From NCBI GenBank assembly GCA_050084985.1, contig JBITNC010000001.1:42532001-42596000 (forward strand): a stretch of DNA of 64,000 nucleotides, read 5' to 3'. The stretch comes from Nageia nagi (Eukaryota > Plantae > Pinophyta). The notes below the pieces were generated by a model that ran no database searches, was not told where the DNA came from, and saw nothing but the letters and a program-made list of their open reading frames with translations. Made by a program: the position numbers and the translations under genes. Shown in pieces: positions 1-14,220 of this stretch; position 1 is the first letter of the stretch; each line of letters begins with the position of its first letter.

Positions 1-2330
1 TTTTGCAAAATGATAAACTTTTTTATAATATATAAAAGACAACTTTTATTTATTTGCTTTGTTATTTGTGATATGCATTTATGATAAGTATGAGAGCTAA
101 AACTCCACACAAAGAGGCATTCATTAATTTTTAGTTTATCAAAATCCAACCATGAAAGAGGATCACAAGCGATCCATTCTTGATAAAAATGCTCCTGTTA
201 TGGTGTCAAAATGATCCCTATTCTTTCCATCATGATGTTGATTATTTCATCTATCCAACTATCAGTTGCATTAGTGTTAGTAAGATTGTGCATGTTTACC
301 AAATGACATAACCAGAGGGCCTTGTGCCTCCGTTGGTACTAGCTTCATTCCATTATTTTCCTTATTATGCCCCTATGATAATGGGCTCTTTCATCATGTT
401 TTTTGTGTATACAATATTCTTGTGTTGTGTTATGGTATGGGGTTCTTGTAAATCTCTAATTTCTCATTATCTACATGTACAAGGGTCTTTTTTTATTCTT
501 CTTATTTTTTGAATGATATTGCTTTCTTTAGGGGTTTTATGTTTGGATGGACAAGATGTTTCTTTCACTATTGTAACTATTGCTATCATTCTCATAGTTG
601 ATGGTTTCCTTTCCTTTCTTTTAAATTTTCAAGAATCAATTTTCACCATGTGTTTTTCTTTTTGAATCATAGACATAATCATCTCAGAGAGATGTTGCTC
701 TAGATAGTTAAAAAATTCCAATATCATTTCATCTCTAAGGGATTTTATCAACATATGTTTTAGCTCTTTTTCATTTAGATTTATGAATGTTGTTGCTTTC
801 CTCCATGCTTTTACAAATTCATCAAATGGTTGGTTCTCACCTTATCTCATTTTCACTAAATCAACAAGGGTTAGTTTTCTTTTTATGTTGTGTTGATATT
901 GATTTAGGAATTTTTTTTTAATTGCTCATAATTGGTGATATTTTTATTTTTAAGACTATAAAACCATTTGGAAGCTTCCTTCCCTAAATTAAGTTGAAAT
1001 AATCTTGCTAACATATCTACATAATGTTGATGGTTACAAGCTACTTCCTCAAAGATTATGATGTGTATTCTCGGATTACTAATACCATCATATTTATTTA
1101 AATCTATGTCTTCCCTTTCCCATATTTTGCCTTTTATTTTTGCACAAAAGGGGTTTCTTTCATTTAGCTGTTCACCCTTTTTTTCTTTACTTAATAATGT
1201 TAGCCTCTTTAGTTGTTCAACCATTACTTTCAGTTGTGCCATTCTTTTCTCTGATTTTTTTTTTGTTACACATAGTTACATTGTTATTGTTTTTCTTTTT
1301 CTCAAGGGGATCGAGTTTTTCAGTTTCTTCCTCATTCTCATATTCAAGTGTTTTAGGAGTGAATCTCCCACTTTGATCTCTCCATTATTGGATTAGTTGA
1401 TTGTCTAACTCTCTAATAATTACTTTCCTTACACATATTTGAGCTTTTTGATAAGACCATGTGCTTGTTGTCTTTCTCAACTCTATCTCTTTAATCTTTT
1501 TTCTCTATCTGACCAATAAGGGTAAGCGTTGATAAGTCCTTATGCCACAGAGTCAGTTTCAAGTTCTATTTCTATTTCACTATCTAACTCATCATCAAAT
1601 TCTACTGTCTTATCATCCAAATGTTCATAATTAGCTTATTTTGGTGTTATTGGTTCATGACTTTTTAAATTTTTTACAAGTGTTAAGGGTGATGAAGATT
1701 GATGAAGGTTTAACTCAAGGATGAAAGGACAAAGCATACAACATTTCACATGGATTTTTGTAGAAAAAATGGGCCATATGCGATGCATTTCAACAAGATT
1801 TAGATCATGGAAGGTTTTGTTTTGATTTACTAAGGTGTACAACAAAAGGGGTGGCTCTAGAAGGTGACCTATGACTGCTTATAACCAAAAATTTGTAGAT
1901 GATATGTAATGAATGAGCTATGGTGGGATCTTTCGTAAACTTATAGAATATCCTTGGTAGTTTATGAATTCTTGTACTAACCTCAATTTATCTTTTGTTA
2001 GTTTTAGATTATTAGATTTTTCAGATCAATAGAGGGCTAATTGTAATTTATTTTCAAAAGGTTGGACTATTTCTTCTTTAGGGTTCTCATTGTCTTTGAA
2101 ATCTCCATGATAAGATTCATCACTAGGAAAATTGGTTTCAATAGCCAAAGGCACACTATCTTTATTTAACCTATCAATTTTTCTTATTGATGTCACACCT
2201 TTCCATGGTTTCCTTTTTCTTTTGATTGGCTCAAGTTTTGATTTTAATGAGAAGAGATCTAACAAATTATTCATATTTTATTATATTTTCAAAAGTTGAG
2301 TTTCATGTCAGTTTCACCAAATATTTACAA
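1..2330 (-). mobile_element. gag: Degenerate Ty3/gypsy (non-chromovirus-like) gag region
   Basis: ORF 904-1242(-) KYDGISNPRIH...LARLFQLNLGKEASKWFYSL...ITNYEQL matches the retrotransposon gag pattern. Homology continues through stops and frameshifts toward position 1. Ends approximate. Confidence 0.7.
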
Positions 2331-3229
2331 ATATTTTGAGAAATGTAAATAAATAAATAATTACAAAACCCAAGATACTTATTTTGAGCTATGGATAGCA
2401 ATTTAGATCACATATAAAAATGAATAAAGAAGGCAACCACTCTAGAATTACGATGATAATACCAATCAAGAATTGTAATTTATGTACTTACCTTACGAAG
2501 TGTACCTGACATCAAAGGATGATGATATATTTGATGCATTGATGGTAAAGGAATCATGCTTTAGAAGATGTGACCTAAAATATTGCAAAAAGAGGACCAT
2601 AGGTGGTTTGTATGGTGTTTAGAAGGAGCACCAATGGTATATTTAGCTTGAGTAAGGAATGCCAATGATATTCATCAGAAGTGCTTTTTGTTCTCAAACC
2701 AAGTCAAGTATTTGTATATGGATATTTTGAATAGAGATGTGAAGTCAGTATAAATCGTTAACATCATAACAACTTGCATAAGGAAGTACATAAACCATAA
2801 CCTTGAATGGCAATGTCAAGAGACACCTAAAGGATTGCCACCACCAATACCAGCTATGGGATCATGTACCTTATTGATGTGGACTTACTATTAGATCCCT
2901 ATTTATATAAATAATAATATGACCTACTCCTTAGGTCAACATGTACCTACATAAACAAGGTTAGCTTACAACATATAACAATATTTAATCATTGATATCA
3001 TAAACATATTCAAAATAAGCATTAACATTAATACATTAAATATTCTAGATGTGTATTAGTGCAAGCAAATGTACTTATTTAAATGCATAAACAAATTTTA
3101 TGCGATAACAACAACATTACTATTTGGTAAATTTCTTGAAAATCAAATGCAAAAAGGCTTAGGATAGACAAAATGATAAAGAAAACCAAGAATTAACTCA
3201 AAAACTCTAACAGAGCATAAGTTTTTACC

Positions 3230-5600
3230 TAGCTAGTCTTGCAACATAGTAAAAAGATCCATCATCCTTGCTTGCTCCTCCCTTATATAGTCATTGACAT
3301 GATATTTTTAATGTACAAAAATGATTTTGATGCTCTCCATTACGCTTGCTTGGAGATGAAATATTATGGTTTGGTTCTTCAAAATTTCCATGATGTTGGA
3401 ATAACCATTTTGATATTTTATCACACCAAGTATAACATAGTTTAGTGTATAAAAATAATATTGGGGTATATATACAATATAAGGCTACATGACTTTCCCA
3501 AAAACTTGCCATCTATCAACAAAAATTGACTTAACAATAATTAACTTGTAAAACACTTTCTTAATCTTCATAATTGCTTGTAAAAGTGTGCATAAGAGTT
3601 AAAAATAAACACTAAAAGTTTAACACATTATGGTAACTGTATTTTCAGTATGCATTGAACTTTTAAACTTCACTGGTCAAAAGGATATGGACTGCCATAT
3701 TGTGAAGATTCTTTAGTATTAGACCAATATGTCTCTTCATGCATAATTACCTTTCTTGGCAAAAACTCTAAGAACTCATATAGAAATGGTCCCATATTTT
3801 TGTATGTATTACTTCAATAAACTCGTAGTTCGATAGATTATTCACTTACTTTCAACTTCAATGCGTAGCTTTTGATTTCTTCAAGAAAATACTTCCAAAC
3901 TATTTTTAGGTTATTGCCTTCTCGGTTTGCCTATGAGAAGTTATCCTGAAAATAATCATTACAATGTCTGACAATGGTGTAGAACATCTATAACAAACAT
4001 CATCCTTTTATGACAATCATGTGGGTCAAATGGCCTCCAAGTTACTTCATCTAAGCATAATTTATCCATTTTAGACATATATTTCAATAGAGACTGATGA
4101 GAATTAAACAAAAGAATAACCAAATTTATAAGGCAATTTTAACCAAGGGATATTCTTGAATTCAATTATCATTTTAACCCTAACATCCTCTACACTTTGC
4201 TTGACCAATTCTAACATAATCAATGAAACATGGCATGTGTATTGGAAGTGCCTTTGGTGGGACTTTTGAACCATAAACCCTAATAAAAGAATATTATTCA
4301 AAAATAAAGTATTCACCAAGTCTTGACAAAAAATTGACCAAGGCTTCGTTGGCTTGAGATATGGGTTTCCCTTTTATAATGATATGCAAGTGGGATATAA
4401 TATGATGATAAAATTATCTTTTCCCACATAGGTTTTTGTTTTGGTGAATCATCTTTAACCTGGTTTGAATAGTGTTTGCATCTTCATCTCCCAATATATA
4501 CAATACTTCATGTGATAATTGACCCAAAAGAAGATGCATGAGAATTGAGTAATATGAGAACTTGGGAAATCTAAATTGCCCTGTTCGATAGCATTTTTGA
4601 GCTTTGTCATCTCATTATTCATCTTGTTACAAATCTACATGTTATAATTAAATATTTATATCCTACCTTTATTACTACTTGCTTACATGAGGGAAAATAT
4701 TTCCTTTGTTACCAAATGTTTTTATTTGATACCTAATGCTATTTGGATCATAGTCACCCAAGAAATGAACATGGGGTTTAAGTGAGCCTTAGAAAAAGGA
4801 AATACTCAGGGATATAGTTCTTCTCTATTGAAGTGAAAAGGATATGACCAATATTTGGCTACATAGTCATTAATTTCTTAAGCCAATGAAAGTAGATCAA
4901 TAAGAACACTATCCAAAGTTTGTTGAAAAAATTCCTAAATTTTCTTACTTGGATGGAGAAAACTTTCCTACCATCTAAATTTTTGATGGTTCTATCAATA
5001 CGATAATAAGATTATATTAACCAAAAACATGAGGTTACGGTTAAAAAGTACCTTAGAACATATAATGTTCTCGATGTAAGAATCCCACTTTAAATTATTC
5101 AAGTTCTTATCCTTCTTTCATCCATTATTTTGAATAAAGACTTAATTACATATAGATGTATATTAAGAATATCTCTCACCTCCTTGAATTTGGATAGTGG
5201 AATCACTTGCATTTCCTGAATACCCTCATTTTTGGGTTGACCATGTTGGCTTGAGTGCTATAGAACCCCAATGAAACTTTTGGATATATGATAACCATAG
5301 AATTCCTGCTTAGGTCCTAATATGAAAACTTCAAGACTTTGTGCGCTTCCCTTTTTATCTTTGGGGTGATACTCTTTCAACTTCAAGCTTGGTTGCAACT
5401 ATGATTATTTGTAATCTTTTTGCTATTAAAACCTTTGGTCACCCCTTCCTCATGCGTTCCTCAATTTTGATTTGATAGTAACCATTGTAGCTTAATCATC
5501 ATATCATATATCATAAAAAGTAACACACCATATACCAAGGATTTGGGTAACACATGTTTGCTGTCTATTGCATGAGATAGAGGCTCAATCATTATTAATT
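3230..5600 (-). pseudogene. Decayed accessory ORF of an LTR retrotransposon, antisense to the PPT/LTR at 6667-6678
   Basis: Minus-strand remnants GEYFIFE*YSFIRVYGSKVPPKALP...IMLELVKQ (~4190-4320) and MDKLCLDEVTWRPFDP (~4020-4070). They resemble extra ORFs I recall from gymnosperm LTR elements. Many stops. Confidence 0.45.
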
Positions 5601-5750
5601 ATACCTCTATTCATTATTTGTATTCTCTCAATTCTCTCAAACCTTGTATCTTGAAATGACTCCTGAGTGTTTATAATCAATGCAACTTAATGAAATCTTT
5701 TATCTAATGGAAAAAATGGCCTTATCCAACAAGAAAAAGACTAGGAAAAC

Positions 5751-5992
5751 CTTTAACCAATGATAATGTACCTTAATCGACATGTTATAACTTTACCCGA
5801 TGACACCAATCCATACCCAATGGTTGAGTTGCTTACCCGACAGGATCTAGGCTTACCTGATGAAGGTTCAGATTGTTCGATGGAAACATGTCTTACCTGA
5901 TGACTCAATATCTTACTCGATGAAGAATAACCTTAGCTGATGAGACTTATCCTTACTCGATGACAAGGAACCTTACATGATGGATGATTTTC
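5751..5992 (+). repeat. Strict 20-bp-period array: ~12-nt conserved core CTTACYCGATGA plus ~8-nt variable part, about 12 units
   Basis: Units start at 5751, 5771, 5791, 5811, 5831, 5851, 5871, 5891, 5911, 5931, 5951 and 5971 (e.g. gcttacccga, gcttacctga, tcttactcga, ccttactcga). Confidence 0.85.
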
Positions 5993-6666
5993 TTGCTTTA
6001 TAATTGGTTTAAGGGGTCAAAATGTTTCCTTTTCTCCTCATGAACTAAAGTTATTATGTACACAAAATTTGGAGAATGGTTTTTTAATAATTTTACTTGC
6101 AAGTTACCATTACACAAGATTTAATACTTCAATTTTGTTTGCAAAATTGGGAAGGTGCATTGGGTGCCAACATGTGGGAATGTTCTAATATTAACGATTT
6201 CAAATCAATCAAGGTGATCGATATTGTATGAGACATAATAATAACATTAATTATAAACTTTGATTTTATAGTAAAATTTGTTTGAAAATCAAATTTTATT
6301 TAATGTTAAAAATAAGTATGGTAAGGGACCCGAGCACCAACTACCAATGTCAATCCCTGTTATTTCTTGAGAGGAAGTATGGGTTGCATTAAAGACAATA
6401 CTCAGGTACTTCTATATACTTTCTCATCTTAATCAAAAATTTTGATTTTATGATTTTTGAACACATTTAGTGTATCTACATTGAATTAGGAAGTTGAGAA
6501 AACATAAAAATAGATATGTTTAAAGATTAGTAAGATGATTTATATAAGTCTATATGTACTTAGAAAGTGTATTTGAGATAAAAAAAAAAAAGCTAATTTA
6601 CTTGTTTGTTTGAATGATTTATTAAGATATATATTGTAGTTATGTTAAAACATTAACTATGTTGTT

Positions 6667-7160
6667 AAGGGGGAATATGTAACTCCCTCCTCGATTTGTT
6701 ATGTCATATATCACTATGTGATTGGCATTATGATGCAACTTTGATGTTTATGATATGTTGTTAAATGATATTTTTATAAGATTTGATGTTGGTTTTGAGT
6801 TGTGTGTATTGCAGGAGTAAATGGACCAAATAGAGTTGGTCACTAAAAATGAAAGTTTGATGATCATAGATCACTAGGGCAAACATTTTGCATGTTTTCT
6901 TAACCCTTATCATAGATCACTAGGGCAAGATAAATCATGTAAATACATTGCATTTTACATATTTTCTTGACCTTTATACATTAATTAAACTAAATTATTA
7001 TTACCAAGCAACAACTGATGTTATATGTAACATTAAATAAATAAATAAAAAGAATTAATTGTCAAAATAAATGAATGAATAAATAATTAAAAAGAATTTA
7101 TCATGTAAATTAATTAATGAAGAAATAAATAAAATTACGAATATGTAAGTAATTATTAAA
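6667..7160 (+). mobile_element. Polypurine tract and 5' part of a gypsy-type 3' LTR
   Basis: AAGGGGGAATA is followed by TGTAACTCCC at 6678. The right end was not identified. Confidence 0.55.
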
Positions 7161-7164
7161 TGTA

Positions 7165-9305
7165 TGTTCAATTATTGAAGGGCAGTCATAGAATGAGGAA
7201 GGACAAATAATTGGGGAGAGCATTATTGCATCCGTATGGTTCTTGGTCGGTCAGTCTTTGGAGCAGACAAATATCGATGATGGAGGATTGACTCCAAAAC
7301 AGGGGATTCTTCATAGTTTTGTTTTGAGGAGTTCGTCTATTTTAGTAAATCATGATGGAGAAATGAATGGATGGAGTGTGGCTTCAGATCACAGCACAGG
7401 AGGAAGAAGGCTTCAGGAAAACAAAACCAGGTCGGCTCCCTCCTTTTTCTTTTGGAATGCTTGTTTAATCATGCTTCTGTGCACATCCATTTTGATCCTT
7501 TGTACCAGTTAGAATGCAGACCATTTGCATATGTCTTGAAAATTAGTTCTCTGTAATATCGTTAGAATTCACAGATGGGTAATATATATATATATCGTGT
7601 TTATTCTGTGATCATTGCAAGCAATGTGACTGTCTTCATACACTCAAATCTGCTGAGACACGTCTCAATGCATACTTGCTTACTACAAATACTGATACAG
7701 TCCTTTTGCAGTATCGCAGTCTTTGAACATTTGAAGGCTTTTCACAACTCTGTTAATAGTTTGAAGGGAGTGTGTTGAGCTTTACCTCAATATACATGCG
7801 TTCTGGCATTTAATTCGTAGATCCTTGCATTGAAGTTGTTTTGTGCATATTTTATGATTTTTGAGTCCATAAGATTGAGCTTTTTGTGCTACTGTTCTCT
7901 AAAGTGTTTTTCCAATTTCTGGGAATTCTTACAATCATTGCAATCCACGGAAGGGTGCGTCTTTTACTGATTTTTGACAAAGGGTTTAGCTTTACACTGA
8001 TTTTTGCATCTGTTTAAAAGTCTCTAGACCTATTTCAGAAAACCATTTTTCGCAAAATATTTCAAATTCAAAATACACCGCCAAAATAGCTTTAATAACA
8101 TTATTAGAAAAATAACGAGTGGCTGGTGACGGTGTTTGATATGTACTTGAGAAATAAATATCCACACGCATCAATTTATTATTCTGGGTTTTTAGCTGAG
8201 AATGGTTGCGACCTTGCCTCTGTGTGCTTAATAGCCTACTCGACTTGAAGCTAGTATGTAACTAGAATATAGGTATATTTGTATTTTGATCCATTGTTTT
8301 ATTGCTGACATAAGTTGAATGGTGAAGAGCGAATCATTTGGTTTTCCATTGGAGTAATTTTTTTGGGTATATGATTTTAACCCGGCCAGAGTGTTGTTAG
8401 TTCTATATCTGCGTAAGCAAAACCAATGTGTTTTGTTATTGGGTGAGAGTCTAAGTTGTATAAAACCAGAGTCGCGTATTTCCTCCTGAGCAACTTTGTA
8501 ATAATAAAAATTGCATTATGAATGATGGAGCAATTAAACCTCTACTGTTTTGATGCGTGATGGGATCATTATGTTACTAATGTGACAATACTTCCTCTGT
8601 CGAGCAAAACTTCCCTTTGGCTAGCCATGTATCAATTCATGGAGCAGAAATTATCTCATGGAGTTCAATGATTATAAGAAACGTTTACATTGGGATTTCC
8701 CTCTAAACATTCACACTCATACAAAACACTTCACCACAAGAACATTATCAGATCCGTATATCATAATCAGATACGGTGTACCCCAATGCTTCCACAAATA
8801 TTAGTTACACCATTTATTGTAGTGCAGGCTGTGCAAACATAGATGGTATATGAGTGTAAACATGTGGTGAATCATTGCTATATCTTGTGATTCTCTATGG
8901 TTTCTTCTGTTGATCTATTAAATTTTCGTTTTTATTATTAGAAGGGTTTGCTTTCAAGGATCTTATTTATAGTCTAAATTCTAACATTGCATCTGTAAAT
9001 CGATATGGTGTTGCAAAGAATTTATGAGAATGAAACATTAGATCTAATATATGAGATTTGTATAAATAAATTAAAAAGGAAAACAATTTTTTTAGCTGCA
9101 TTTCAATATATTCTCCTCATGATTAAAAAGCACAGATTCTTTAGTTGTATTTCAATAAATTCTCCTGTTATACAAAATGGCTAAAAAAATGTTTTTTTTT
9201 TTATCTTTATTTCAATAAATTCTTCTCCTATACAGCATGGTTAAAAGAGTAATCAACAATATTCATAGCTTGCGTTTCTCAAAGGAGATTATGCAGAAAG
9301 TCACA
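7165..9305 (+). other. PPR-snippet mosaic array A (non-coding; continues at 14733-14885 beyond the copia insertion)
   Basis: Short sense fragments of PLS-PPR motifs in different frames: VLGRS 7239-7253, GILHSFVLRS 7303-7332, FFWNA 7447-7461, ALKLF 7827-7841, ARVL 8385-8396, AYFLLSNF 8474-8497, IISWSSMI 8650-8673. Confidence 0.8.
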
Positions 9306-9930
9306 TGTTGCAATTACTCTTCATTAGACTTCAGAATTCGAGCTTAAAATTTCAAAATTCAACCTTTCTGATGAAACGTAGCCCCTCTAGGACATTTCTT
9401 GGAAAAATGTCGTCATGTTTCCAAAAACGCACCCACGTTTCCTAAATGCGTTGACCTGATCGTGTTTCAGTCTGACAGTTTAGAACAGTTAAGGGCGAAC
9501 TGTCAAATAGTTTTTTGCCCTTTTCAGTTGAATCTTTGCTCTTTTTTCATTTTGTTTCTTTCAGTTAAGCTTTGGGATGTATAAATAAATAATCTAGACT
9601 TGTTCTTCGTTTGGATTGTGGTGTAGATTGATGTAACTTGGAGATTGCACCTAGACTTGTAATGCAAACTGTTTTACGAAATATCACAGTAAAGTTTTCT
9701 TCAATAAATCATCAGTTCAATCCCAATTTCGTTTTATTTAATGCATTAATGAATGTATGGTAAATGTTAATGCATTGTTCATTATAAGTTTATGGTAATA
9801 AACTTCATTTGGTATCGGAGCTTGAAGATCAAGGATTGAGTTTTTTTGTTGGGTTTGAAAACTGTGGGTTTTGTGCAAAAGTTTGGAAAGAATTTTTTGC
9901 AAATCCAAGTTGTGTTGAAGATTTGTTGTA

Positions 9931-10983
9931 ATGGTAAGCAACTCAAATCCAATACCAATCCTTGAATTTGATGGAACTAATTATGAATATTGGAGCATCA
10001 AAATGATGACTTCTCTTGAAGGAAAAGATTTATAGGACATTGTACAGGATGGCTACAAAGAACCTAATGATTGAAGTGTTCTGGATGAGGAAACTAAAGG
10101 AGACCAAGGAGAAGAAGAAGAATAACTTCTTGGCTTTGTCTCATATTCAATCTAGTCTTTATAAGAGCATTTTCCCATGAATTTCTACTTGCAAAACCGC
10201 CATTGATGCATGGAAAGCCTTGAAAGAAAGCTACCAAGGAAGTGTCAAAGTGAAGGACATGAAACTTTAGACCTTGAGAAGAGATTTTGAGAATCTCAAG
10301 CAGAATGAAAATGAGAGTGTGGGTGATTATTGTGTAAGCGTGAAGGCCATAATGAACAAAATGGCCACCCTTGGTGATGAAATGGACAAAGCTTTGGTGA
10401 TTAAGAAAGTCTTGAGGACTTTACTTTCAAATGGGATATTGTGGCTTTTGTTATTGAAGAGACCAAAGACCTTTCCACCATGGAGTTTGATTAGTTAGTT
10501 GACTCTCTTACATCACATGAAGAGAGGTTTTTGAGAAGATCTAACATTGGTGCAAGTGAAGAACAAGCATTCTCATCCATGGAGAATGAAAGCAATAATA
10601 GAAGAGATCAAGGTAGAGGCTCTAGAGGTAGAGGTCAGAATGGAAGAGGAGGAAGAAGAGGCTCGTCTGGAAGAGGAAGAAGGAGAGATCATATTCCTAA
10701 TGGTGACCAAGCCAATAGTGCAAGCGCAAGAGGAGGATTTAGTTCCAGAGGTAGAGGAAAAGACAAGAAGAATATGCAATGTTATCATTGTAACAAGTAT
10801 GGTCATTATGAGAGGGAGTGTAGGCTCAAACAAGCCTCTCAAAATAGTAGATCAGCCAATTATGGAGAAGAATCCTATGAAGAGGATGTCTTGTTTCTTT
10901 CTATTGTCCAAGAGGAGAATCATGGAGTCAAAGCACTTTTTTCACAAGACAAATTGGAAGATTTCATCAATGATGAAACTTAG
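9931..10983 (+). pseudogene. gag: copia gag (frameshifted)
   Basis: FDGTNYEYWSIKM, LRRDFENLKQNENESVGDY, RGG-rich tract and zinc knuckle CYHCNKYGHYEREC. Confidence 0.9.
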
Positions 10984-13900
10984 GTTCTTGATAGTGGTTG
11001 TTCACACCACATGACCGAAAGAAGCTTTTTTCATCTCTTGATCATTCCTTTAGTTCCAGTATCAAACTTGGGGATAAGAAAACCTTGGAGGTGATTGTAA
11101 AGGGGGACATGGCGGTTCCTACCAAAAGAGGTACTATGAAAGTAAAAAATATCTATTTTGCTTCTAATTTGAAACATTCTCTCTTAAGTGTTGGGCAAAT
11201 GCTTGAAAATAATTATAAGTTGGTTTTTGAAGATAAAATGTGCAAAATTTATGATAATAATAAAGGTGGAAGGCTGGTCACTATAGTAAAAATGAATAAA
11301 AACAATTTTTTTTCCATTAAGTTTGTTGAGCAAGGGGGAGGCTTTGCTTTTGTGAGCATTGATGATAATGCAAATTTATGGCATTTGAGATTTGGCCATT
11401 TAAATTTTCAGAGTTTAAAGCTTTTATCTCCACTTGTGTATGGTTTGCCAAAGGTCCAAGATACTTCAAAAGTTTGTGAAGGGTGTGCTCTTGAAAGCAT
11501 GCAAGGGGACACTTTCCAAAGAATGAAGCATGTAGGGTCCAATCTCTTCTACAGTTGGTTCATAGTGATCTTTGTGGACCATTGCAAACATAAAGTATAG
11601 GTAAGCTTCTTATTTTCTTACCTTTATTGATGATTTTTTCAAATATTGTTGGGTGTATTTTCTTAAACACAAAGATGAGGCATTTGAGTGCTTCAAGGAT
11701 TTTAAAGTTAGTGTCGAGAATCAGAGTGGGCATACTATCAAGTGTTTAAGGACTGATCATGGTGGTGAATTTTGCTCTAATTATTTCTTGAAGTTTTGTA
11801 AAGATTCCGAAATCAAGAGGCAATTAACATCACCCTATACACAACAACAAAATGGGGTAGCTGTAAGAAAGAATCAGACTTTGGTAGAGATGGCAAGGTG
11901 TATGATGCACACAAAAGGTTTGAGTAATTTTTATTAGGTTGAAACTATAAGGATTGCTGTTTATATTTTAAATAGGAGGCATACAAGGAGTTTGGATAAT
12001 ATTACTCCATATGAATGTTGGCTTGGAAACAAGCCAAGTGTGAAACATTTCAACGTATTTGGTTGTGTAGCATTTGTTCATATGAGTGATGAGCATAGAA
12101 AAAAGCTTGATGTTAAGAGTGAGAGGTGTATTTTTATTGGCTATAGTGAATACTCCAAAGCTTATATATATTTTTAATCTAATTTCTCACAAAGTTTTGG
12201 TATCGTGAGATGCCATTTTTGATGAAGGGGGAAGTTAGAAGTCTCAAAAATACCAAAAGTTGTTTGTTGATGATAGTATGTTTGAAGAAGTTGCTTCAAA
12301 TGATCAAGGAAGTGTTCATCCTGGGCCATGTTTCACATAGTCAAGTGCAGCCCATATTTGATTCCTCATCACAAATGGGATCTTCTAGTGCATCATCAAG
12401 TCCACAAAATGGTTCTTCTTCACCTCCATCACCAAGTGAGTTTGTAAATCAGTTAGTGAAAGGTAAAAGATTGTTGAAAGATCATCCATCTTCCCGAATG
12501 TTAGATCAAAATTTTTTTAGAAGGTTGACAAGGAGTCAACACAAGGAACTTGATACTACATTGCAAAGGCTTGAAAACTTGCAAATGCTGGGAGATGAAG
12601 ACTATGGTGAGCCCAAAGGTGATATGGTAAATTATGCTCTTATTTCTATTACTTCTGATGCACATGTTTCTAAATCTTCTCAAGTTACTAAACTTGTTGA
12701 TTTTAAGCCTTCTTGTTTTGAACAAGCTTGTTCTAACAAAGTGTGGATGAAGGCTATGAATGAGGAGCTGTCTTCCATTGCTAAGAATGACACATGGGAG
12801 TTGTGTGATCTCCCACAAAAAGAAAATGTGTGGATGTAAATGGATCTACAAGATCAAAAGGAATAGTGATGGTTCCATTGAAAGGTATAAAGCATGCTTG
12901 GTAGCAAAAGGGTTCACACAAACTTATGGCATAGACTATGAGGAGACTTTTGCTCTTTTTGCAAAGCAAGAGACCATTTGGATGGTGCTTTCATTGGCAA
13001 CCCACAAGCATTGGAGTGCGTATCACATGGATGTGAAGAGTGCATTCCTTAATGGCTATCTTGAAGAAGAGGTATATGTGGCACAACCTCAAGGTTTTGA
13101 GGTTGAAGGCAAAGAGGATCAGGTATATAGATTGAAGAAGGCCTTATATGGGTTGAAGCAAGCTCCAAAAGCTTGGTACACAAGAATCAATGACTACTTT
13201 CTTAAGTGTGGTTTTCAGCGAAGTAAGAGTGAGCACACTTTGTAGTACAAGAAATAAGGTATTGATATTCTACTTGTTTGCTTTTATGTTGATGAGTTAT
13301 TGTTTATGGGAAGTAGTTGTACATTATGTGATTCTTTAAAGTTGAGATAAAAAAGGAGTTTGATATGAATGATCTTGGTTTGATGAGTTACTTCTTAGGC
13401 ATGGAAGTACATCAAACACATGATGAAATATTTCTTTGCCAAGCCAAATATATTAGGGAGATGTTGAAAAAGTTTGACATGAGTGAATGCAAACTTGTAG
13501 CTATTCCAATTGCTCATGGAGAGCTTTTATGTTCTGATGATGGGGCTGAAGAAGTATGCAAAATAGAGTATATGAGCATTGTGGGGAGTTTAATGTTCCT
13601 TTGTAACACAAGGTCAGATATATTTTAAGTAGTATCTCTTTGTTCTAGGTACATAGCTGATCCTTCTTGCTTTATACTTGAAAGCAACCAAGAGAATACT
13701 GAGGTATGTACGTGGTACAGTAAATTATGGCATCATTACTTTTCTACTGATAATTAGAAGTTGGTTGGTTTTAGTGATAACGATTGGGAAAGTAATCTTG
13801 ATGACTAATGGCAACTGCTTTTCATTTGATATGAGTTGATTACCTGGAGTTAAAAGAAATAATCTACAATTGCTTTGTCTTCTATTGAGGCTGAATATAT

Positions 13901-14220
13901 AGCATTGACCTCAGCTGGTGCACAAGCCTCGTGGTTTAGGAAAGTTCTTGATGAGATTGGTGAGAAACAAGAACATTCTATTACACTTTTTTGTGATAAC
14001 CAAAGTGCCATTAAGTTGGCACAAAATCCAGTACACCATGCACGTTCTAAACACTTTAATATCAAGTATCATTTTATTAGAGACATGGTGGAGAAGAATC
14101 TGATCAAACTGAGGTATTGCAATACTAAGGACCAAATTGCCAATATATTCACAAAACAAGTTAGATCTCAGTATCTGATGTTGAGAGATTTGATTGTAAG
14201 CCCTCTCACCATCAAGGGGG
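10981..14220 (+). pseudogene. pol: copia pol: protease, integrase, RT, RNase H (multiple stops and frameshifts)
   Basis: [71 protein letters not shown] and CDNQSAIKLAQNPVHHARSKH, in copia order. Confidence 0.95.

Noticed and set aside
5751-5992. CRISPR array
   Set aside because: Units are far too short (12+8 nt), there are no cas genes, and the context is a eukaryotic retroelement.
7605-7740. Possible H/ACA or C/D snoRNA hairpins
   Set aside because: No canonical boxes are conserved between paralogs (ACA is absent in B) and there is no convincing rRNA guide.
7575-7778. Small ORF conserved in both paralogs (also 18101-18310)
   Set aside because: It is a chance in-frame run of PPR snippets within a duplicated segment, with no sign of a coherent protein.
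7165-9305. Ordinary decayed PPR pseudogene or intron-containing gene
   Set aside because: Motifs last only 4-9 codons, change frame and are out of order (the C-terminal KTKPG piece precedes FFWNA; the E-motif lies mid-array). I see no 31-36-aa periodicity and no coherent exon chain.
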